31,726 bases of DNA from Ardenticatenales bacterium (GTDB lineage Bacteria; Chloroflexota; Anaerolineae; Promineifilales; UBA4811). Position numbers and translations under genes: made by a program. The stretch is from the NCBI GenBank assembly GCA_030667645.1, contig DAOUVM010000001.1:1-31726 (forward strand). The letters are read 5' to 3'. Shown here piece after piece: positions 25,245 through 31,726 of the stretch (position 1 is its first letter; each line of letters starts with the position of its first letter). The notes under the pieces are model-generated. The model saw only the letters and a list, made by a program, of their open reading frames with translations. It was not told the origin of the DNA and did not search any database.

Positions 25245-26930
25245 TCAAGGTTTGGGCATGCTCTTCAGGGCCCCATAGGCGGCCCGAGGGCTCCAATCCG
25301 GCCGGACGAGCCCCCAGTAGCACTGCTCAGCGCCTGCGCCAGCGACGGGACAAAAGTTCAGGTTCCAGACAAACATCACGCCCATATAGCCGCCTGATCG
25401 CGCCAGCGAGAACGCCTCCGTCAAATAGTCGGCCTGATCCGCTTCCGAGTTGTAGGCAACAAACTCATAGCCCGGCCGTGCTCCGCCCGCGAGCCCATCC
25501 AGCGAGCCCCATCCAAACTCAGTCGCCCACAATCGGGCACCCTGGTCGCCCCAGCGGACCATGATGTTCCAATAGTCCTCTATGGTGTGCCTGAAGAAAA
25601 AGCTGGGATGATCATTGTGACTCGGGACATCTGGCTCCTGACGGCAGCAGTATATGCTGGCTTGGTTGGCCCATCCGTTTGGATGAGCGCCAATCGCATC
25701 GGAGACATTCTTTAGCCCGGCCGCGTACATTGCATCGAGATAGACGCGATCGTCAATGGCGGTCACGCCATCGTTCCAGCCGGTGGGGGCCGGCGCCCCG
25801 CTGACCACGACCGCCCCCGGATCAGCCGCCTTGACCGCGTTATAGGCCCCAGCCAAGAGCTCAATGTAGAGAGATGCGCTGAGCTGCTGACCGTTCCATT
25901 CCCGACGCAGGTTCTGCTCGTTCCATATCTCGTATGCATCCACCCGGCCGGCGTAGCGAGCGGCCAGAGCGCCGACAAAGGTCCAATAGTCATGATAGCT
26001 CAACGGCGGGCCGTCTTCTTCCATGGAGGATCGCGCCCAGGCCGGCGCCTTGACGACGCTGAACAGCAACCGCAGCCCATGGGCATCGGCCGCGTTGACC
26101 ATGGCGTCCAACTCGCTCCATTGGATCCGACCCGGCACGGGCTCGAACACTTTCCATTCGATCTGCTGCTTGACCCAGCTCAGCCCAAGGTCATTCACTG
26201 CCCCCAGGACCTGGCTCATATCCTGCCCCGGCAGATGGACCTGAATTCCATACCCAAACCCAGCGTCCGGCGATGGCGGCGGAGATGGAGAAGGAGAAGG
26301 GGGAGCCGGCGCCGGATCGCCCTGACCTGGAATCCACAATTGCTGCCCCACAGCTATCAGATTAGGGTTGGCAAGGTCATTTGCGCTGATGATGAGCGAC
26401 ACGGTGGCGCCATACCGTGCGGCTATTCGGAACAGAGTATCGCCTACCTGCACCGAGTAGTAGAAACCTTCCCCCGGTTCGGGAGCGGGAGAAGGCGACG
26501 GCAAAGGCTCCTGCACACCAGGGATGAACAACTGCTGTCCCGGGAAGATGAGAGCTGGATTGACAATCCCATTGGCCTGGGCAACGAGCGCCGAGGAGAC
26601 GCCAAACCTCCGGGAAATGCTGAACAGCGTGTCACCGCCCATCACTGTGTAGTAGCTTCCATCACCAGCAGGAGGGGGGGGGGCGGGAGTTGGCTCCACT
26701 CCTGCTGGCATGACCAGCGGCTGGCCGGCATGGATGGTATAGCTGGTCAGCCCGTTGGCCTGCATGATCTCCGCGACGGTTGTAGAGTAGCGGCGCGCAA
26801 TGCTGTAAAGCGTATCGCCTGCCTGCACAACATAGACGATCTCATCGGCCGTGGCAGGCGTCACCCACAGGAACAGAACCAGGAACACCAACAGCACACT
26901 CACCCTGACAGCCAGCCTGGAAACGCGCAT
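25245..26930 (-). CDS. Secreted protein: 3 LysM domains + clan GH-A glycoside hydrolase (GH39/GH5-like)
   Basis: Signal peptide (..TPATA|DE); three LysM repeats (YVVQAGDTLYSIA, YTVMGGDTLFSIS, YSVQVGDTLFRIA); Pro-rich linkers; acid/base YEIWNEQN and nucleophile WATEFGW; ATG 26930 after GAAGGAG. Confidence 0.9.
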   Translation of the reverse strand: MRVSRLAVRVSVLLVFLVLFLWVTPATADEIVYVVQAGDTLYSIARRYSTTVAEIMQANGLTSYTIHAGQPLVMPAGVEPTPAPPPPAGDGSYYTVMGGDTLFSISRRFGVSSALVAQANGIVNPALIFPGQQLFIPGVQEPLPSPSPAPEPGEGFYYSVQVGDTLFRIAARYGATVSLIISANDLANPNLIAVGQQLWIPGQGDPAPAPPSPSPSPPPSPDAGFGYGIQVHLPGQDMSQVLGAVNDLGLSWVKQQIEWKVFEPVPGRIQWSELDAMVNAADAHGLRLLFSVVKAPAWARSSMEEDGPPLSYHDYWTFVGALAARYAGRVDAYEIWNEQNLRREWNGQQLSASLYIELLAGAYNAVKAADPGAVVVSGAPAPTGWNDGVTAIDDRVYLDAMYAAGLKNVSDAIGAHPNGWANQASIYCCRQEPDVPSHNDHPSFFFRHTIEDYWNIMVRWGDQGARLWATEFGWGSLDGLAGGARPGYEFVAYNSEADQADYLTEAFSLARSGGYMGVMFVWNLNFCPVAGAGAEQCYWGLVRPDWSPRAAYGALKSMPKP

Positions 26931-26944
26931 GTCACGCTCCTTCG

Positions 26945-27133
26945 ATTCAACGTCCGGCAGCAATCCAATGACCCCGACTGCGGCAATTCAGCTCTTCTCG
27001 GAACAGACAGTGTGTTCGGGGAGAGCTACTTTCGCTGAGCAGCCATTACTCTCTCCATTTCTCACTTTCGTGGACGTTCAGAGGTGTCATTGAAGCGGCG
27101 CTCGTGCCCGAGTGTCCGAACTTCTGAACCGTC
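26945..27133 (-). ncRNA. Candidate structured 5' leader / cis-regulatory RNA (unclassified)
   Basis: ~200-nt leader with a 5'-terminal 10-bp helix, two clear and one weaker GNRA-capped hairpins and further stems; no match by eye to known riboswitch consensus sequences. Confidence 0.35.
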
Positions 27134-27139
27134 ATCCAA

Positions 27140-27168
27140 ATGATACCCGAGTTGACTGGAAAGACCAA
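27140..27168 (-). promoter_or_regulatory. Putative promoter of the LysM-GH gene
   Basis: TTGGTC-17 bp-TATCAT; predicted start (~27133) coincides with the first base of the leader helix. Confidence 0.45.
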
Positions 27169-27375
27169 CCTTCACAGGCTTGACATCAACAAGTCAAATC
27201 CTTCTCAGCGAAGAAGTAGGAGTGTGGAAACACAAGCGCGGCCGCGTCTCCTCTGCAATTCCGTAGCTACAGAAGAAAGGGTGGCAGAGGAGGGTCGCCG
27301 CAGCCCCTTTTTCAACACGCTCAGATGAGAGTGATTATCCCTCGGAATGTTGTCCGACACTCGTGGAAATTTGCT

Positions 27376-27404
27376 TTGACCTGTTCCAGGCAGCGGGGTA
27401 TAAT
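27376..27404 (+). promoter_or_regulatory. Near-consensus sigma70 promoter of the Ser/Thr kinase
   Basis: TTGACC-17 bp-TATAAT. Confidence 0.8.
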
Positions 27405-27459
27405 CTCGCTTCGCATACCAGGAGGAGCTCTCGACCGACGACCGGAGACTGCACGCAGC

Positions 27460-29301
27460 ATGACACAATCGCTCATCGGCAAAACCATCGACAGGTACCA
27501 GGTCTTGGAGCACCTCGGGCGGGGCGGGATGGCCGAAGTCTACAAAGCGTACCAACCGACGTTAGACCGGTACGTGGCCATCAAGCTGATGCACTCTTTT
27601 CTGGCAGATGACCCCGACTTTTTAGGCCGCTTTCAGCGAGAAGCAAAAGCAGTTGCCAGTCTGCGTCATTCCAACATCGTGCGGGTGTACGATTTTGATG
27701 TGGCAGATGGCCTCTACTACATGGTGATGGAGTTCATTGATGGCCACACTTTGAAGGCGAGGCTGTTCGAGCTGGCAGCAGAGGGCGACCTGCTGCCGAG
27801 AGAGGAGGTCCTGCAGATCACGGCCGCCGTGGCTTCCGCGCTTGCCTATGCGCATCGACGAGACATGGTCCACCGGGATATCAAGCCGGCCAACGTAATG
27901 ATCAACAGGGATGGTCAGGTGATCCTGACCGACTTTGGGATCGCAAAGATCCTCAGCGGCCCTCAGTTCACTGCGAGTGGCGCCATGCTTGGCACGCCTG
28001 CGTACATGTCGCCGGAACAGGGATTGGGGGAGCCCGGAGATGCGCGAAGCGACATCTATGCGCTGGGCGTAATGTTGTTCCAGATGGTAACGGGCCAGCT
28101 TCCCTTCGACGCCGATACACCGCTGGCGATCGTTCTTAAACACGTCAATGATCCATTGCCGATCCCCAGCCAGATCAACCCCAGCCTGCCAGCGGAGATC
28201 GAACGCGCCATTCTCAAGGCGATGGCCAAGGATCCGGAACACCGCTTCCAGACGGCTGAGGAATTCATAGAACATCTGGAACGCTCAAAGACGAGTTTGC
28301 CTGGGGCGGATACCGTGGTGGCAGCCACCCGGCCGGGGCAGCCGGCAAACGTGCAGGGCGCCACCGTCGTTGCCCCACGCGCTGGGGCCAGGCCGACCGT
28401 CGCCCAACCCCGTGCCAGGGCGGGCGGGGCGAAACCATGGCCGTGGTTGGTTGGGCTGGGAGCCATTTCGCTGGTGGCAATCGTTGCAGTCCTGGGCATG
28501 TTGGGCGTTTTCGAGTTTGGAACCGGGACCGCTACTCCCACTGCAACTCTGATGGTGGCCGTTGCCCCCACGATAGAAGCTACCACACCCCCACCGACCT
28601 CCACGCCCAGCCGTACTGCAGAACCAGAGGCAACGCCGATCGATCCCATTGACGCAGCGTCAACAGCGCTGGCGCGGCAGTTTGCCACCTTGACGGCACA
28701 GGCGCCGACCCTGCCGCCGCCCACTGCCACCAGCACACAGACACCAACGCCAACCCCAACCGCGACTCATTCACCCACTCCTCTGCCCACTCCGACGGCA
28801 GCCTGCGACTATGCCTACGAGATGGTGGCGTATTATGTATATGACAATCCGGGCAGCTATGACGAGACACGGGGGCGAACCGTTGCTCCCTCTGGCACCC
28901 AGTTCCCATTTTCGGTCCAGATTCTGAACCAGAGCACGTGTTCGTGGCCGGAGGACAGCCAGTTGGTGCTGGTGAGCGGAAACGCGCTGGAAGCAGAAAC
29001 TGCCATCAGCGCCGGGGGCGAGACCGATCCAGGCGCCACGGCCGAGTTTTCCACCAGAATGAGATCGGGGGACGAAGCTGGCCTGATGACCAGCGTCTGG
29101 GCAGTGGAGATCGCGACGGGTGCACCCATTGGCGACCCCTTGGAGATCAATGTCCTGGTGTATGAGCCGGCCACCCCTACGCCGTACGTCGCTCCTCAGC
29201 CAACAGCCACTCCCTCCCCCGAGGCGGAAGCAGGTCCGATTGAGTTCAATCATTTGTTCGTGACTGCGAGTACGCCGGGGACCAGTGGCGATGTTGGATG
29301 A
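27460..29301 (+). CDS. Hanks-type transmembrane Ser/Thr protein kinase with Pro/Thr linker and extracellular NBR1-Ig-like domain; C-terminus apparently frameshifted
   Basis: LGRGGMAEVY, VAIK, HRDIKPAN, DFGIA, GTPAYMSPEQ, SDIYALG; TM WPWLVGLGAISLVAIVAVLGMLGVF; Ig-like segment ILNQSTCSWP...PGATAEF...SVW; ATG 27460. Confidence 0.93.
   Translation: MTQSLIGKTIDRYQVLEHLGRGGMAEVYKAYQPTLDRYVAIKLMHSFLADDPDFLGRFQREAKAVASLRHSNIVRVYDFDVADGLYYMVMEFIDGHTLKARLFELAAEGDLLPREEVLQITAAVASALAYAHRRDMVHRDIKPANVMINRDGQVILTDFGIAKILSGPQFTASGAMLGTPAYMSPEQGLGEPGDARSDIYALGVMLFQMVTGQLPFDADTPLAIVLKHVNDPLPIPSQINPSLPAEIERAILKAMAKDPEHRFQTAEEFIEHLERSKTSLPGADTVVAATRPGQPANVQGATVVAPRAGARPTVAQPRARAGGAKPWPWLVGLGAISLVAIVAVLGMLGVFEFGTGTATPTATLMVAVAPTIEATTPPPTSTPSRTAEPEATPIDPIDAASTALARQFATLTAQAPTLPPPTATSTQTPTPTPTATHSPTPLPTPTAACDYAYEMVAYYVYDNPGSYDETRGRTVAPSGTQFPFSVQILNQSTCSWPEDSQLVLVSGNALEAETAISAGGETDPGATAEFSTRMRSGDEAGLMTSVWAVEIATGAPIGDPLEINVLVYEPATPTPYVAPQPTATPSPEAEAGPIEFNHLFVTASTPGTSGDVG
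28699..28800 (+). repeat. Pro/Thr-rich low-complexity linker (codon-level tandem repeats)
   Basis: Encodes QAPTLPPPTATSTQTPTPTPTATHSPTPLPTPTA. Confidence 0.7.
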
Positions 29302-29528
29302 CCCTGACTCCATATGGCGGAGTCGGCCAACCCTACACCTTTTTCATTTTCGATGCCGATCAGCCTTCCCGCTACTATGGCGGCAATCAGGATCACCTCA
29401 TACAATCCCGGCGCTGTTTTCTCTGGATACACGAGATCAAGCTCCAAGATGACGCCGGGAACTCTATAAGCAAGAATATCTCGGTCTCACCCCACGATCT
29501 TTTCCCTGGAGGATGTACGGAACCCTGA
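29244..29528 (+). CDS. Probable frameshifted C-terminal extracellular domain of the kinase (annotated separately as 76-aa ORF 29298..29528)
   Basis: The -1 frame is open from 29244 and reads VQSFVRDCEYAGDQWRCWMTLTPYGGVGQPYTFF...SRRCFLW...GGCTEP*, protein-like well before the ATG at 29298. Confidence 0.65.
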   Translation, partial: VQSFVRDCEYAGDQWRCWMTLTPYGGVGQPYTFFIFDADQPSRYYGGNQDHLIQSRRCFLWIHEIKLQDDAGNSISKNISVSPHDLFPGGCTEP

Positions 29529-29658
29529 TCTGGGTGCCCAGAGGAATGATGGGGAGATCAACTGCTCCGATCATGGGGGGTTGACCTGGCACACTTTGTG
29601 CACTGGATAGTGGTATCGCGCGACTCTAGCGCGGTGCTAGTTGATAGGTGAGGACACT

Positions 29659-30699
29659 ATGAATCTGTTCAACGAGCGTCCACTCGTGGCCGGCCTGGTC
29701 ATTGGCCTCGTGATTGGCATTCTGGTAGGCTGGCTGGGGCTTGGCTGGGGAATATGGCCGGTCGAGTGGACAGACGCCAGCCCAGCACTGCTACGAGATG
29801 ATTTCCGGTCCGACTATGTCAAGATGACGGCCGATCAGTATGTCCGCTCCCGGGACGTCAACGAAGCAAAGAACCGAATGATGGATTGGCATGAAGGTGC
29901 GCCCGAGTACACTTGCTCCCTGGCAAACGATACGCCGGTGGGAACAGTGGCAAGGATGAACCTGCTGGAACTGGCTCAGGTTCTGCAGCCTGGCATTTCG
30001 TGCGACAACATAACGGCGGCTGCTCCCGTCGAGGATCCAGGGCAATCACTCATCGGGAAGCTGGGCATACTCTGCGGGGCCCTCTTGCTGGCACTGGCGT
30101 TGGCCGGAGGCACCTTCTACCTCGTGTATCTGCGCGGGGGGCGAAAGGAGCAGACCGGTCAACTTCCCACTGACGAGCCGGCGGCTTCATTAGGCGCTGC
30201 TTCGGGGCGCACGATACCGCTGGCGCAATTCCCGACCGAGTACAATATCGGACACGACACCTATGATGATTCCTTTAGCATTGAAACCGCCACTGGAGAA
30301 TTTCTGGGCGAATGCGGATTGGGAATCTCTGAAACCATCGCGGCAGGCGACCCCAAGAAGGTCACTGCTTTTGAGGTATGGCTGTTTGACAAGAATGACA
30401 TCCGCACGATCACCAAGGTGATCATGAGCGATCACGCCTACCACGATGATGCGCTCAGGGCAAAGCTGGCTCCCAAAGGAGAGGCGGGGTTGGCCAAACC
30501 CGGGGATACTGTGGTGCTGGAGACAGCATCGCTCATTGTCAATGCCCGCATCGTTGAAATGGAGTACGGAACCGGTGAGCTTCCGCCGCAGAGCCATTTT
30601 GACCGACTGGTGGTCGAACTCGCCGCCTGGGCCAAAGAGGGCGAGGAGCCGGCCGAAGGCGACCTGAGCGGCTCGGGTGAGAATGAATCCTCGCTCTAA
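29659..30699 (+). CDS. Conserved hypothetical membrane protein (two TM segments, extracellular helical domain, acidic cytoplasmic C-terminal beta domain)
   Basis: ATG 29659 after GAGGA; TM1 LVAGLVIGLVIGILVGWLGLGWGIWPVEW; TM2 LGILCGALLLALALAGGTFYLVYL; C-terminal YDDSFSIE..GEFLGECG...VTAFEVWLFDKND. Confidence 0.8.
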   Translation: MNLFNERPLVAGLVIGLVIGILVGWLGLGWGIWPVEWTDASPALLRDDFRSDYVKMTADQYVRSRDVNEAKNRMMDWHEGAPEYTCSLANDTPVGTVARMNLLELAQVLQPGISCDNITAAAPVEDPGQSLIGKLGILCGALLLALALAGGTFYLVYLRGGRKEQTGQLPTDEPAASLGAASGRTIPLAQFPTEYNIGHDTYDDSFSIETATGEFLGECGLGISETIAAGDPKKVTAFEVWLFDKNDIRTITKVIMSDHAYHDDALRAKLAPKGEAGLAKPGDTVVLETASLIVNARIVEMEYGTGELPPQSHFDRLVVELAAWAKEGEEPAEGDLSGSGENESSL

Positions 30700-30819
30700 C
30701 CCAGGCGCCAACTCGATTAATGATGGAGGACCCCGATGCCAAGGCATCGGGGTTTTTTGAACCAGAATTACCGATAGGGGACGTATCAGAAGCGTTTCCG
30801 GCGTTCGGCAGGACGGACC

Positions 30820-31338
30820 ATGCAGGAGAGATCACAAAGCACGGCAATCGGAGTGTTGATTCTTGCTGTTCTCGCGGCCATGATGGCCTGGTACTGGCCA
30901 AGACAAGAGTCGCGGGGCGAGGCGTCCCCCGCAGCTCCAGAGCGGCCGATCACCACGGAGGCACCGGCGCCGGCCAGCCCTATCGCCACCCTGGAGCCCG
31001 CCACCCCTACTCTATTGGTGGGCGCGGCACTGGTCATGTGGGAGCCGCACCTGGTTGAACCGGGGGAGACGATTCAATCGATTGCGAATCAGCACGGCAC
31101 ACCGATCGCCCTGCTGGCAGTTTATCTGACAGTCGATGATCTGACGCCGGGAAACCTGATTGAGGTCCCGGTACCCAACCCGGCCGTGTGTCCTTCCCGC
31201 AGAGTCCACGTGGTAGAATCAAGCGAGACATTGTACAGCATCTCTCAACGGTACAACGTGACCATCGAAGCGATTATGGAGACCAATTCGTGGACGGAGA
31301 GCTTGATCAGAGCCGGGGACGTGCTTTGCATCCCGTGA
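30820..31338 (+). CDS. Membrane-anchored protein with two LysM domains
   Basis: N-terminal TM, Pro/Ala/Thr linker, LysM1 HLVEPGETIQSIA..., LysM2 HVVESSETLYSISQRYNVTIEAIMETN...LIRAGDVLCIP. Confidence 0.88.
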   Translation: MQERSQSTAIGVLILAVLAAMMAWYWPRQESRGEASPAAPERPITTEAPAPASPIATLEPATPTLLVGAALVMWEPHLVEPGETIQSIANQHGTPIALLAVYLTVDDLTPGNLIEVPVPNPAVCPSRRVHVVESSETLYSISQRYNVTIEAIMETNSWTESLIRAGDVLCIP

Positions 31339-31641
31339 GATGCCGCTCGACGACCGGCGTGATGCCTCTCAAGCATGCATCCCAGATGCCCGCCGGGCGT
31401 GTTTGTGACCGAATGCGATGATGGACCCATGATTCAATAGGTAGGTTCGCACCGCGAGGTCATCAAAGCGGCCATGAGCGCCAGTGATGAGGATAAATCC
31501 TGTCTGCCAATCCCCGCCATCAAGCAGCCCGCGATGACGCAGTCGAACCACCCTGGAGCGAGCGGAACATGGCTCCACAGATGCGATGCCGAAGAGAGCA
31601 GCCGTCTGAAACAGTACCGAAACGGGGCGCAGAGCCGATCC

Positions 31642-31726
31642 ATGAAAACCGCTGACTTTTGCTATGACTTGCCGCCCGAATACGTCGCCCAGACCCCGGT
31701 AGAGCCGCGCGACAGCGCCAAGCTGA
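31642..31726 (+). CDS. queA: S-adenosylmethionine:tRNA ribosyltransferase-isomerase, 5' fragment (runs off the window)
   Basis: MKTADFCYDLPPEYVAQTPVEPRDSAKL matches the QueA N-terminal F-D-Y-x-L-P-x-E-L-I-A-Q-x-P...RD-x-S-R-L pattern. Confidence 0.88.
   Translation, partial: MKTADFCYDLPPEYVAQTPVEPRDSAKL

Noticed and set aside
27109-27363. 10/11-bp inverted repeat TC(G/C)GACACTCG across the divergent region
   Set aside because: About this many matches are expected by chance in a ~500-bp region, and the two copies sit in non-equivalent positions relative to their promoters.
31480-31505. GTGATGAG-GATAAATCC resembling a hammerhead ribozyme core
   Set aside because: It lacks the invariant CUGA start and the GAAA after stem II.

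Overview
GC-rich bacterial chromosomal window. Gene content and protein style point to a monoderm Chloroflexota (Anaerolineae-like) host; this is an inference. No mobile element, CRISPR array, rRNA or tRNA was seen. From left to right: a minus-strand folC-mutS-GT-C-like membrane protein unit (the last gene runs off the left edge and is absent from the ORF track); a secreted Ig-repeat protein with two GT2 glycosyltransferases; an HNH nuclease; then a long minus-strand block of DegU-like regulator, DegS-like soluble kinase, cpaB-cpaE-cpaF-tadB-tadC-comF-hpf, a CofC-like protein and an LMW phosphatase. The right part holds a second GT-C protein, a GNAT, YhhN, a 3xLysM glycoside hydrolase with a ~200-nt structured leader, a divergent Hanks-type Ser/Thr kinase whose extracellular C-terminus is split by a 1-nt frameshift, a conserved membrane protein, a 2xLysM protein and the start of queA. 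Best leads: (1) a DegSU-like / Tad pilus / ComF / HPF locus echoing the Bacillus degSU-comF-flagellum-hpf locus, possibly a Tad-based DNA-uptake system; (2) a CpaE with an intact phosphorylatable receiver domain; (3) a candidate new cis-regulatory RNA upstream of the LysM hydrolase; (4) the hidden frameshifted Cys-containing kinase domain.
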